Positions 31,612-55,633 of a DNA stretch of 64,000 nucleotides are shown here, piece by piece. Every line of letters begins with the position of its first letter. Positions within the stretch are counted from its first letter, which is position 1. A program made the position numbers and the translations under genes. The notes beneath the pieces were generated by a model. That model was not told where the DNA came from. It saw nothing but the letters and a program-made list of their open reading frames with translations, and did no database searches. The stretch comes from the human T2T-CHM13v2.0 reference genome, Homo sapiens. The DNA lies in NCBI RefSeq assembly GCF_009914755.1, contig NC_060943.1; one strand, given 5' to 3'.

Positions 31612-31749
31612 TTACTCTGTTGCCCAGGCTGGAGTGCAGTAATGCAGTCCCAGCTCACTGCAGCCTGAACCTCCTAGGCTCAAGCAATCCTCCCACCTCA
31701 GTCTCCTGAGCAGCTGGGACCACAGGCACGCACCACCACGCCTGGCTAA

Positions 31750-32206
<457 letters not shown>

Positions 32207-32547
32207 TAAAAGACATTTTCTTTGAAGCTGTGTCCTCTGATTAGAGTTCTCACACTGTGGTTCTCACATAAACCACTCCCAGAATTCATTGTCTACAACT
32301 TCCTCTCTTCTTTTCTTTTTTTTTTGAATGAATCAACAGAGTAAAGGTACTTTGAAAGCAGTCCAACCTTTTTTGATTTACTCCCTCAGTCTTGTGCCTC
32401 TACCTGATTTGATAGCAGGTGTTTTATTTGGTTTTAACGTGATTCACCTTCATCAAGACTTTTCAAACCTTCACCCTAACTTTTATAGGAAGGAATATCT
32501 CCACACTTGCGTTTTCTTGGTTTATTTTATTTTTATTTTAGAGATGA

Positions 32548-32694
<147 letters not shown>

Positions 32695-33103
32695 TAATTT
32701 TTAATTTTCTTTTCTTTTTTTTTTTTTAGAGGCGAGTCTGTATGTTGTCTAGGCTGGTCTCAAACTCCTATCCTCAAGCAGTCCTCCCGCCTTGGCCTCC
32801 CAATCCTTAGTTTAGTTTAATGATGATGAGTACCACCTGTAGAAACAGGTTTGGGAACTAACCTAGGTAACTTTTTTTTTTTTGAGACGGTCTTGTTCTT
32901 TCGCCCAGGCTGGAGTGCAGTGGCACGGTCTCGGCTCACTGCAACCTCCGGCTCCCAGCCTGTAGCAATTGTCCTGCCTTAGCCTCCTGAGTAGCTGGGA
33001 TTACAGGCGTGTGCTACCACACCTGGCTAGGTTTTGTATTTTCTTTTTATTAATAAAGAGACGGGGTTTCACCATGTTGACCAGGCTGGTCTCGAACTCT
33101 TGA

Positions 33104-33433
<330 letters not shown>

Positions 33434-33979
33434 TAGCCAGGATGGTCTCTATCTGACCTCGTGATCCACCTGCCTTGGCCTCCCAAAGTGCCGGGATTAG
33501 AAGCATGAGCCACTGCGCCCGGCCCAGAGCCACAACTTTAAGGAGGCCTCTCCACCACCTTAGCAGTGGCCGCCCCTCACACCGTCAGCTTGGCACTCAA
33601 GGTCTCTGCCCATTCTCCATCCCACCTAGCCTGCCCTGGCACTTCCTGAATCACACTGTGGCTTCTCATCACGCCTTTACCCATGCCATTCCCCTTACCT
33701 GGGATGCCCCCTTTGCCAAGCACTCGCTTGGTGAACTCCTACTCGCCCTTCAATACCCAATGCAAGACGCCCTTCCTCTGAGAAGCTCATCCTCACAATT
33801 CAAGCTCACGCACCCTGGCTTCTCTCTCACCCAGATGGATGTTATCCTGGGTATTGGTCTCCTTGTCCCTCTCCCTCCCCACACGGTGAGCTCCGTGAGG
33901 GCAGAGCACCCATTGGGACTTCCTTAACCCAGTGGTTACCACTTCCTCTATTTAAACATAAAACAGATTGAAGAGGCTA

Positions 33980-34267
<288 letters not shown>

Positions 34268-34513
34268 TTAAAGGGTCCCTTCTGTTGCAGTTAAGGAGCT
34301 GGAGGCCTTTTCTACCTGCCCCTAACTCTTTCTCAAGGCGGCTTCCTCCATTTTCACTCGTTCTCTCAAGTACATTGAGCACCTCCTTGTGCCAGGAACT
34401 GTTTGTGGCACCGCAGAGCCAGCAGTGGGGAAGACAGGAGCTCACGGCAGAGTTGGGGAGAGAGTTATAACAGCCAGCAGAGGGCACTGTGAGCGTGGAC
34501 ATGCAGCCTGCAT

Positions 34514-34735
34514 GTGAGCTTGAACCATGATGGGCTTCTCAGAGGAGGGGTGTCTTGTGTTGGGTATTGAAGGGTGAGTAGGAGTTCACCAAGCGAGTGC
34601 ATGGAAAAGGGGGCATCCCTGGTGAAGGGAATAGCATGGGTAAAGGCGTGGAGATGAGAAGCCATGGTGTGACTCAGGAAGTGCCAGACCAGGCTATGTG
34701 GGATGGAGAATGGGCAGAGGCCTTGAGTGCCAAGC
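34514..34735 (+). repeat. L2-derived segment forming an inverted repeat with 33588-33809
   Basis: ~88% identity to the reverse complement by manual count. Confidence 0.88.
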
Positions 34736-34898
34736 CTAGGGCAGTGGGGAGCCATAGAGGAGTTTAGAGCAGAGGAGGAATGTGGTCAGTGCAGCAGTGG
34801 AAGAGTGGGCATGGGGCAGTGAGCAGGGGTTGTGGCGAGGGGCCAGACTGGGCCCTGGATCCGGGCCAGACCCCCACATGTGTCCCCATCACCTGCAG

Positions 34899-35049
34899 GC
34901 CCCAAAGCCCAAGAGGAAGGTGGAGGTCTGGGAGCAGAGCGTTGGCAGCCTGGGCAGCCGGCCCCCGCTGTCGAGGCTGGTCGTGGTGAAGAAGGCAAAG
35001 GCCGACCCGGACTGCAGCAACGGGCAGCCTCAGGCGGCCCCCACCCCAG
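34899..35049 (+). CDS. YJU2: YJU2 exon 7
   Basis: ctgcag|GCC, CAG|gtaagg; [50 protein letters not shown]. Confidence 0.95.
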
Positions 35050-35858
35050 GTAAGGTCACAGAGTTCCCAGAGCCGGGCGCGGTTTCTATAGTGGCCTGTA
35101 GGTGGCAGCAGCTCCCTTTGCAGTTACAGAGACTTCATGGGGTGGGTGGGGGCGGCCTGCGACCCCCACAGGACCAATTAGTGGAGTGAGCAGAGAAGGC
35201 AGGCGGCTTCTTTTTTTCTTTTTTCTTTTTTCTTTTTTTTTTTTTGAGACAGAGTCTTGCTCTGTTGCCCAGGCTGGAGTGCAGTGGTGCCATCTCGGCT
35301 CACCGCAACCTCCGCCTCCCTGGTTTGAGCAGTTCTCTGCCTCAGCCTCCCAAGTAGCTGGGACTACAGCACCACGCCCGGCTAAATTTTTGTATTATTA
35401 GTAGAGGTGGGATTTCTCCATGTTGGTCAGGCTGGTCTGGAACTCCCGACCTCAGGTGATCCACTCACCTCGGCCTCCCAAAATGCTGGGATTACAGGCA
35501 TGAGCCACCGCGCCCGGCCTGTTTTTGTCTTTTAGTTGCCTTAGTATGATGTTTCCTAAGGCGATTAAGTCCACAGTGACTGGACTGTGAACTTTGCGCC
35601 ATTTCCATTCTTGGCAGCGCACGTTGCCTGCCTGGGCAAGGTTTGCATTGGCCATTGTTCAGAAGCGGAGCTGTTGAGTCCCGGGTGTGCAGATGTAAAT
35701 CTGCAATGGGTCCCATCAGGTGCCATCCAGAAAGGCCAGGCCATTCACATGCTGTCACCTCTGGACCTTGCAAACCTGCAGAGGTGGCCGGCCCCGTGCC
35801 TTGTCCCTGGCCTGTCTGCTGTGGAGCTGAGATGAGCTAACTCTCGCTCTCCCACCAG

Positions 35859-35971
35859 GAGCCCCGCAGAACAGGAAGGAGGCCAACCCTACACCCCTGA
35901 CGCCTGGCGCGTCCTCCCTGAGCCAACTGGGTGCATACCTGGACAGTGACGACAGCAACGGCAGCAACTGA
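35859..35971 (+). CDS. YJU2: YJU2 exon 8 coding part to TGA
   Basis: ctaac branch-like motif + ccag|GA; (G)[36 protein letters not shown]; summed CDS 972 nt = 323 aa. Confidence 0.95.
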
Positions 35972-36343
35972 GCCCTCCCAGGACCCCCTCACGGGGTCAA
36001 AGTCACACGTCCAGCTTCAGCCACATTGAGGCCAGCATTGCTGGTGGTCAGGGCAGGAGGCCTTGGCGTGACTGGAGGCCGGACAGACAAGCGCCAGCGT
36101 GCTCCAACACATAGGGCCACCAGGGGCCTCAGCCCCAGGAGGTCCCTTCTCTGTGCCCTCACCAGCCTCTCAACACCTCGGGGACCCCTGCTGCTCCTGC
36201 CCCCACCTGTCACTGTGCTTAGGGCTGCAACATCCCTGGAGCAGCTTCCAACACTACTTCAGGGTGGCAGTGTTTGGGGCACTGGGCGAGCCTGCCGGCC
36301 TCTAGATGGCCTCATCTCTTCCTTCCACAGACTGTCTAGAACC

Positions 36344-36349
36344 AATAAA
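36344..36349 (+). terminator. YJU2: YJU2 polyadenylation signal AATAAA
   Basis: AATAAA ~370 nt after the stop in unique sequence. Confidence 0.85.
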
Positions 36350-36464
36350 AGGAAACCTGCCAACCGCCTGGGCCCCTTCTCTCTCCCAGAGTCTGATGAG
36401 GAGGTCCCAGGACCTCCTCTGTTAGCACAATTCGAGGGTCATTCCACAGAGGTTTGTTTGTGTC

Positions 36465-39920
<3,456 letters not shown>

Positions 39921-40784
39921 TGCACCCCAGCACCCCAAAACCAGCTGGCACATCGTGGGTGCTCGCAAATGGGTTGAGGGGGCATCACCCCATTCCCCAA
40001 TGAGGAAACAGGCTCAGGGAGCCCCAGGTTTCACCTCCTCCCCTCTCACACCCCACTCTTTCATACACCACTGGAATTTTATTTTTATTTCTTTTTTTTT
40101 TCCCCTGAGAAGCTTTGTTCTCTCACCCTGTGTCCTGGGGGCAATTCTGCTCTCAGCCCCCAGTTCTCTCCTGGGGGTTCCCAGGACTGAGGGAGTAGAG
40201 GGGCAGGCACAGCCATGCATCGGGCTCTGTCCCTCCTGACCAGCGGGGGACCCCTCCCTGCCCTGCCCCACCTCTCAGGGCCCCCTACCCTCACCCTCTG
40301 AAGCCTGCCCTTCCCCTATCCCTGCCGACAGTACCCGTTCCCCACCAGCCCGCGTCTGTCATCCTGTCTTCGGGAGCTGTCAGCCTTCATCTGAGATCTC
40401 CATCAACTCCTCCGGGGCTGCCTGGCTGCTGGAGCACATCAGAGGGATGGGGAGGAGGGGCGATGGGGGCCCCTTCTGCTGGAGCCCACTGCCGCCCCAG
40501 CCTGGGCTTACAGGAGAAGAGGGGCCATGCCATTTCCCCAGCTTTTGCCAGTTCCAGTGTGAACTTGGGGCTCCCTGAGCCTGTTTCCTTATCTGGGAAT
40601 GGGGTGACACCACCCACTCAGTCCACAAACACCCCCCGGGCACACGCTCTGTTGCTGCCCCATTTACAGGTAAGGGAGACTCCTCGACCTCCAGGGTGAG
40701 GGAGGGACAGGGCCTGGGTATGAAGCTCCAGGCTCCGAGGCTACGCCTTTGGTCACCCACCCCACTGCAACCCCAAGAGCTGGG

Positions 40785-41305
40785 CTGTGCCTGCGTGTCA
40801 GACTGGAGCCCTGGAAGGGCTGGATCATGCCTCCCCCATCAGGTAGGGGCCCCTAGAAGGAAGGCTCGCTTCTCCTCCAGCAGACTGGGACCTTGTAAGT
40901 TAGTTAGGGCCATGCCTCCTGTGTTGGACTGGGCCCTTGAAATTTACACCATACCTCCCCCATCAGACTGGGGACGCTTGAAGTTTGGACTATGCCTCCC
41001 TCATCAGACTGGGGACTCTTGAAGGCAGGCCTATGTCTCCTCCATTACTCTGGGACCCTGGAAGTCAAGACTATGTCTCCTGCATTAGACAGGGGACCGT
41101 TGAAGGTTGAACCTGCCTCCCCCATCAGACTGAAGATAGGTTCACGTCTCCTTCCTCAGAGTGGGAACCCCTCAAGGTAGGGCCATATCTCTCCCATCAA
41201 ATGGAAGCTCCTGAAGTCAGAGCCGCAACTCTTCCATCAGACTGGGGGCTTCTGTGGACAAGGCCATGCCTCTGCCATCAGACCGTGAGTTAAGAAAGGC
41301 AGAGC
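40785..41305 (+). repeat. Diverged ~40-bp tandem array, ~13 units, consensus ~ccatgcctcccccatcagactgggNNccttgaagNNagg
   Basis: recurrent (c)catcagactggg core at ~40-bp spacing. Confidence 0.85.
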
Positions 41306-41306
41306 T

Positions 41307-44290
<2,984 letters not shown>

Positions 44291-46299
44291 GGGAGAAAAG
44301 AAAAATCCAAATCTCACAAGGTTACGTGGCTGATTCAAGGTCACAGGGGAAGGTGACTGGACCCCTAGCCTGGATCTCTTTCTCTTCTACCTAATCCTCC
44401 TGCCTCTCCCTGCCAGCCTCTCCCCACTCCCCTCCTTGGGGTAGGGTCGGGGTGCAGCCCCAGGAGAAGCCAGCTCCAAAGCACAGGAAAGTCAAATGCC
44501 GTTTGATTCCGGCCCCGGGGCCTCTAATTGCTATTCCTGACACAGATTGTAATTAGAAGGCCCCTTTCAAATATTTATACCTCAGACATCTAGTTTTATC
44601 CGGCAGGGAGACGACTTGGATTTGATGAGATCTGTCAACAGCTCATCCCCGTGGCCCGGAATTGCCTTGCGGCTGACAGAAAGCAGGACAATTACCCGCT
44701 GTGCTCCCTGGCCGCCCCCAGGGACGCAGCCTTGTCGCTGATCTGAAAGGGTGGGGGGAAGCGGGGGTGGCCATGCACTTCAGGAGGGAGGAAGGAGTTC
44801 AACAGGTCTGTGTTGGGGGACACAGCCAGTGCAGGGAAGGGGAGGAACAGAAGGGTCTAGACGCCTGCATCCTTCAGGGGCTTTGCCTTGTTGGCTCCAG
44901 GCCTCAGTTTTCCCATCTGGATAATGGAGCTCATCGTGGAGAGGAGTTGCAGAACCGATTCCATGAAGAGCATTTTGGGAGGCCGAGGCCGGCAGATCAC
45001 CTGAGGTCAGGAGTTCCAGACCAGCCTGGCCAATGTGGTGAAACCCCATCTCTACTAAAAATATAAAATTATATAAAAATTAGCTGGGCGTGGTGGCAGT
45101 AATCCCAGCTACTCAGGAGGCTGAGGCAGGAGAATTGGTTGGACCTGGGAGGTGGAGGTTTCAGTGAGCTGAGATCGCAACACGGCACTCCAGCCTGGAG
45201 GACAGAGCAAGGCTCCGTCTCAAAAAAATAAAAAGAGAGACTCCAGTGCCACCCTAGGCCAGGCCCCACGGCGATGTGCAGGCAGAATCAGCTGTGGAGT
45301 GGCTCTGAACAAGTCCCTCCCATCTCTGTGCCTCGGTTTCCCCATCCATAAAATGAGGAAGCCAGGTGATAGCTCGGTCCCTCCTGGAATCCTTCCTAGA
45401 GCTGTCTGGGATTTCCTGTTAGAAACCACATCTTTCAAATAAGGAAAACCAAGACTCAGGGAGTGACAGACCCTGCCCTCAGCCCCGCCGGGCTGCCAGG
45501 AGGCCCCAGTCATAGCAGTGTTGGTTCTGACTTCTGTCTTGTCCTCCAACTGTGCTCTCCAAGCTATGACCTGTGCCTGACCAGGGGGCTGGCCACAAGA
45601 GGAGAGAATCTGGGGTCCCATCCTTCCTGACCACCCCTCTCTCACTCCCCTCATTAGGAGGAACTGGGCAAGCCCCCTTATGGGGAAAGAAAAAAAACGG
45701 TTCTGCACTGGAAAATTGGCCAGTGGCTCCCTTTTCCTCTCCCACCCCCCAAACCTCTCAGTGCCCTCACCCTCAGACAACGACAGCTGACAACAGGCAG
45801 CCAGTTCAGGCCAGACCCCTCTCACTTCTGCCCCTCTTCCCGCCACCGCTCCCCCCCACCCCGCCCCCAGAAGCCACAAAAGGACAGATGCAGAGGACAG
45901 GCGCCAGGCACAGATACCATCTCCCTTCCCCAAGCCAGCTGCCCCCAACCCTCCCCCTGCCCGCAATTAGTCCTCTGGGGCGGGAGCGGGGCACAGAGCA
46001 GAGCCCTCTTGGGGGAGGGGAAGCCCGATCCGCACCCACCCTTCCTTTGCCCCCCTCTTCCTTCTGCTGCTCCAATATCAATTTCAGCCAGTGACCTCTC
46101 CACCAATTTGCACATCCCCACTCTCCCGGTCCGTTTCACCGCCAGACATCGGTTCCATTTCGACCCTCACTGGCGGTCATTCCCACCCCCTCTGCTGGTC
46201 AATTTCACCCCTTTTGGCGGTCAAGTGCAGTCCCCCATTTCCCGGGCAATTTCCCCCTCCCCTCCTTCTCCCTCTCCCCTCCCCTCCCCAGCAGTGTCA

Positions 46300-47650
46300 C
46301 TCCCAGCTGCTCCCCACCTCCCGCGCTCCGCGCTCGCTGCGGCCAGTCTCGGGCGTCCCGGTCAGTGTCCAGCTGCCGCGGCCTCGGCCCCGGCGACTCC
46401 CGCCCCCAGCCCCCCTTCCCTCCGCGGGCAGCGGCTCCCTCCCTCCCCAGAACAGCTGAAGGTCTCAGTCACCTCCGAGGGGAGCGCAGGGGGAGGGGAG
46501 GGGCGGGGGACGCGGCGGAGGGGAGGTGGGGGAGCCTTGACGCTGCTGCCCGGGACGCGGCCCGGGGCTGGTGGGAACAGGGGCGTCCTCCTGCGCGCCC
46601 CCCTCCCCAGCGTCCCACCTCCCGGCGGCGGCGGGGAAAGTCTCTCCGAAAGCGTGAAGGGGGATTGGAGGAGGTTTTTATTTCCCTTTGTGCGGGTGGC
46701 TGGGGCCGGATCGAGGCGGCGGGGGCCGCGGGACTGGGGGCTCCCCGCTGAGCCGAGAGGAGCGCGACAAAGGATGCGTCCCGCCGGGGTCACAGTCTCC
46801 GCGGCCCAACTTTGCGCGCGGCGCCCGCGCCCCTGGGGAGCCCGCCCGCTGCGCTGAGAACCCAGGCGTCCGGGCTGGGAGAGGGGCCGGGAGCGTCCGC
46901 AGGTGGCGCTGGCCCGGATCTCCCGACCCCAGGAAGGGATCCCGGAGCTTCCTGGAGGCGGCGGGCGGCCGTGTCGCTCCAGGGAACCGCGCTGCCCGCG
47001 GAAACTCCGCGCGCCTCCGCGGATGCCCCTCGCCCTAGCCCCCAGCGCGCGGGGTTCGGGGCCCTGCGAGGTCCCCCCTTCCCCCGCGGTGCTTCCCAAG
47101 CTGGGCTAAGGCGGGCTTCTCTTCCTCCCTCCTCTGTCGCCTCCTTTTCCTCCCCCTCGTTCACCTTTTCCTTCCCTCTATCCATCCAGAGCCCCGCCAA
47201 AGGGCGCACCTGATCTTTCTCATCCTTCCCTGCTCTTCCCTTCCTCTCCACCTCCTCCTCCTCCTTGGGGAAAGGGGCCCGGAGAAGGGCATGTGGGGGC
47301 CCCTCTGACAGTGGCCCGATTGGGGTGACAGGCGCCCAAATGGCCAAGTGGCTACGGGACTACCTGAGCTTTGGGGGTCGGAGGCCCCCTCCGCAGCCGC
47401 CCACCCCGGACTACACCGAGAGCGACATCCTGAGGGCCTACCGCGCGCAGAAGAACCTGGACTTCGAGGACCCCTATGAGGACGCCGAGAGCCGCTTGGA
47501 GCCGGACCCCGCGGGCCCTGGGGACTCCAAGAACCCCGGAGATGCCAAGTATGGTTCTCCCAAGCACCGGCTCATCAAGGTGGAGGCTGCGGATATGGCC
47601 AGAGCCAAGGCCCTTCTGGGCGGCCCCGGGGAGGAGGTGCGTGGCTGGGT
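46300..47650. promoter_or_regulatory. SHD: CpG island covering SHD promoter, 5' UTR and first coding exon
   Basis: very high GC and CpG density, GC boxes, G-rich tracts, no Alu; boundaries estimated by eye. Confidence 0.85.
47340..47636 (+). CDS. SHD: SHD coding exon 1
   Basis: MAKWLRDYLSFGGRRPPPQPPTPDYTESDILRAYRAQKNLDFEDPYEDA...YGSPKHRLIKVE, SHB/SHD/SHE/SHF-family N-terminus; GAG|gtgcgt donor. Confidence 0.96.
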
Positions 47651-47938
47651 GGCCTGGGGAGACTGGGTGGAGGGGAGGCTCAGGATGGGCTCTCTGGATC
47701 GTGGAGAGCTTATTTTATGTGTGATCACAGGAGGGGACTGGGGCACCAGACAGACCCTTCCCAGTCCTCCAGACCTCCACCTGCTTGGGGAAGTCTGTTC
47801 TTTTTATGTATTTATTTATTTTGAGACAGTCTCCCCCTGTCACCCAGGCTGGAGTGCAGTGGTGGGATCTCGGCTCATTGCAACCTCCACCTCCTGGGGT
47901 TCAAGCGATTCTCCTGCCTCAGCCTCTCCAGTAGCTGA

Positions 47939-48151
<213 letters not shown>

Positions 48152-48658
48152 TGACCACCCTGCTTGGTCTCCGGGTCCTCCTCCTCCTCCATGGTCATCC
48201 CCTGCAGTCCCCCAGCCCCCTCCCCTCAGCACCCCTTCCTCTTGGAACCTGGTGGGATCTTCCTAAAATAGATCTGAGTGAGTTGCTCCCCTGCTGGGCA
48301 CCTAAATATCCTCCCGGTGATGCTGCCCTTCCTACCACTATGTTCCCGTTTTACAGAAGCGAAACTGAGGCTCGCAGAACGGTAGTGACTTGGCTAAGGT
48401 CTCACGGGGTTCTAGCTTACTAGGATTTGAACCCAGGCCACCGGGTGCAGTAGCTCATGCCTGTAATTCCAGCACTTTGGGAGGTCGAGGTGGGAGGATT
48501 GCTTGAGCCCAGGAGTTCGAGACCAGCCCGGGCTAACAGAGTGAGACCTTGTCTCTACAAAAAAAAAATCAAAACATTAGCTAGTTGTGGTGGTGCACAC
48601 CATAGTCCCAGCTACTCAGGAGGCTGAGGCAGGAGGATCACTTGAGCCTAGAAGGTCA

Positions 48659-49091
<433 letters not shown>

Positions 49092-49206
49092 TCAGCCGGG
49101 ATCAGACTCGGCCTCTTACTTACCAGCTGTGTGTCCCTAAGCAAAACACTTACTGTCTCTGTGCCTTGGCTTCCTTGTCTGGAAAAGGGGAATGGTGTAC
49201 TTATTA

Positions 49207-49782
<576 letters not shown>

Positions 49783-49808
49783 TCAGGAGATCGAGACCAT
49801 CCCGGCTA

Positions 49809-50246
<438 letters not shown>

Positions 50247-50275
50247 GTGAGTAGGCACGGCTTGGGGGAAGGTGA

Positions 50276-50626
<351 letters not shown>

Positions 50627-50790
50627 TAGTTTGTTAATTCTCACTAGAGTGTGAATGACTGATAGTCCTAAATTCTTTCTTCCAAGACAACCTGCATCTT
50701 CCTTGGAAACGCAAACACTTTTTAGAGTGGAATGGAACCTACTTATCCTGCTCAGTGTGGTGTGGGGAGAGGAATATGGCTTGCTTTTAG

Positions 50791-51174
<384 letters not shown>

Positions 51175-52051
51175 TAGTAAACTACAGGTGAATTTCCAGC
51201 TGAATTGGATGAGCTTGGAGAAGCCTCTGAACCTTAGTTTTCTCTTCTGTAAAAGAGATAATGATAAAATCAGTTTTAAAAAATAAAATAATTGCCGGGC
51301 ACGGTGGCTCACGCCTGTAATCCCAGCACTTTGAGAGGCCGAGGCGGGTGGATCGTTTGAGGTCAGGAGTTCGAGACCAGCCTGACCAACATGGAGAAAC
51401 CCCGTCTTACTAAAAATGCAAAATTAGTCGGGCGTGGTGGTGCATGCCGGTAATCCCAGCTACTCAGGAGGCTGAGGTAGGAGAATTGCTTGAACCTGGA
51501 GGCGGAGGTTGCGGTGAGCCAAGATCGTGCCATTGCACTCCAGCCTGAGCAGCGAGAGCAAAACTTTGTCTCTAAATAAACAAATACATAAAATAAAATA
51601 AATAAAATTTGGACCAGGAAGAGTTGTGCAAACACGACTTTGCCCCCAAAGTTTTATGACTGGGAGGGTATTTAGAGCTTAGTGCCTTTGTCCACCTGTC
51701 TGTAGATTGGGGGTGATTTTCTAGTTTTAGGACTTGGCCACAGTCTGGGCTGAACCCCAGAAGGGGTTTAGGGACTAGGGCTCCTCTTTGGAAACTTCGA
51801 ACCGACCCCGTCTAGCCACGCCCCTTGTGCTCCTTGCCACCAGATTTATAAATGACCGCACCTATTTCTTAGGAAGGCCAAAAGGTTGCACCTGTGGCCA
51901 ATCCTGCCCCTGCCTTAAGCCCAGCCCCTGGGCTGTGATAGGTTGTCCCAAGCTGGCCCTGCCTTTCTACCGAGATTCCATTGGCTTGCCCCTGCCCCGC
52001 CCCCCAAGGTAGGCTGGACTTAACCCTTTCCTCTCTAAATCTCCTTTCCAG

Positions 52052-52175
52052 TGCAGTTTGACAGTCCAGAGTGGGAGAGGACTCCAGGCTCAGCCAAGGA
52101 GCTCCGGAGACCTCCGCCCAGAAGCCCCCAGCCTGCGGAGCGTGTGGACCCAGCCCTGCCCCTGGAGAAACAGCC
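52052..52175 (+). CDS. SHD: SHD coding exon 4
   Basis: ttccag|TG, CC|gtgagt; (V)QFDSPEWERTPGSAKELRRPPPRSPQPAERVDPALPLEKQ(P). Confidence 0.94.
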
Positions 52176-52689
52176 GTGAGTGGGGAAGCTGAAGGTGGAA
52201 GAGCCCCGTTGAACGTATCTGTAGACTCCAATGTATCAGGCAGAAGTTTTTTCGTTTCCCAGATTAGAGGAACTGGGGGAACTTCGATTCATTCATCCAC
52301 TTATTTCTTCAGCTAATCTTTACGGGCTCCAGAGCCTGCTGCGTGCCAGGCACCCAGCTAGACACAAAACAATCTTATGGGGTCCCTTTTCCTTTGGTAT
52401 CAAGTTCTGGGTTCACATTCCTGCTCTCCTCTCCTGGCTGTGTAGCCTGGGGCAAGTCACTTAACCTCTCTGAGCCTCAGGTTCAAACAGAAAAGGCAAT
52501 TTCCTTCCTTAACTTGGGTGGGGCTTACAGCCTCAGAGCCAAGAGACAGAAATCATTCTCAGCCAGTTCTTGGTTCTTGGGATGGAACCAGGAGATGCAG
52601 GATTTTGGTGGGCTCACAGCTCCGTGCTGGGGTGGCACGTGAGCCGGGAGACGCTGACTCTGTGTCCTTCCAGCCTGGGCGCTCCTTGA

Positions 52690-52980
<291 letters not shown>

Positions 52981-53058
52981 TAGCTAATTTTTGTATTTTC
53001 AGTAGAGACAGAGTTTCAGTATGTTGGCCAGGCTGGTCTGGAACTCCTGACCTCATGA

Positions 53059-53634
<576 letters not shown>

Positions 53635-53951
53635 TGAGACAGGGTCTCACTCTGTTGCCCAGGCTGAAGTGCAGTGGCACAATCAGCTCACTGTACCCCT
53701 GCACTCCTGGGATCAAGCGATCCTCCAGCCTCAGCCTCTCCATGGGACCACAGGCACGCCATATGTGCTTATTCTCTTTTCAGATTTCTTTCATTGTGAA
53801 CAACAGCAAAGGCTCTGGTGCTTCTCTGTCTTTGATATCTTGCTTGCTACTGCAAACCCCTTTGTGAGCACATTAAAGCAAAACATTAGGCCAGGCACGG
53901 TGGCTCACGCCTGTTATCCCAGCACTTTGGGAGGCCGGGGTGGGCAGATCA

Positions 53952-54194
<243 letters not shown>

Positions 54195-54282
54195 TCATGG
54201 ATGTAATCCCAGCACTTTGGGAGGCTGAAGCAGCGGATAACCTGAGGTCAAGAGTTTGAGACCAGCCAGGCCAACATGGTGA

Positions 54283-54922
<640 letters not shown>

Positions 54923-54925
54923 CTA

Positions 54926-55096
<171 letters not shown>

Positions 55097-55513
55097 TCAT
55101 TTGCCCAGATGCCACAAGCCCATGCACCAGCTGTGACCCAACAGATCCCAGAGTGTGTTTTTTTGTTTGTTTGTTTGTTTGTTCGTTTGTTTTGAGACAG
55201 AGTCTCACTCTGTTGCCCAGGCTGGAGTGCAGTGGTGCAATCTCAGCTCACAACTTCCACCTCCCTGGTTCAAGCAATTTCCCTACCTCAGCCTCCTGAG
55301 TAGCTGGGATTACAGGCACCCGCCACCACGCCCGGCTAATTTTTTTTGTATTTTTAGTAGAAACGGGGTTTCACCATGTTAGGGAGACTGGTTTCGAACT
55401 CCTGACCTCAGGCAATCCGCCCGCGTCAGCCTCCCAAAGTGCTGGGATTACAGGGCCCCAGAGTGTGTTTGAAGGGAATGGCCCTTGATGAGACATCTGT
55501 CCATACTCGCTAG

Positions 55514-55633
55514 GTGGTTTCATGGCCCCCTGAACAGGGCGGATGCAGAGAGCCTCCTGTCCCTCTGCAAGGAAGGCAGCTACCTAGTGCGGCTCAGTGA
55601 GACCAACCCCCAGGACTGCTCCTTGTCTCTCAG
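55514..55633 (+). CDS. SHD: SHD coding exon 5 (SH2 domain, N-terminal half)
   Basis: ctag|G, AG|gtgaga; WFHGPLNRADAESLLSLCKEGSYLVRLSETNPQDCSLSL, SH2 signature YLVR. Confidence 0.96.

Noticed and set aside
40785-41305. Possible CRISPR-like array
   Set aside because: Human DNA, degenerate head-to-tail units without identical repeats or unique spacers, and no cas genes; kept only as a tandem array.
44695-44750. REST/RE1 site upstream of SHD
   Set aside because: Only partial resemblance to GGCGCTGTCCGTGGTGCTGAA; too many mismatches.
45220-47347. Long overlapping Pro/Gly/Arg-rich ORFs (up to 282 aa) on both strands
   Set aside because: Expected from stop-codon depletion in the GC-rich SHD CpG island; no recognisable domain.
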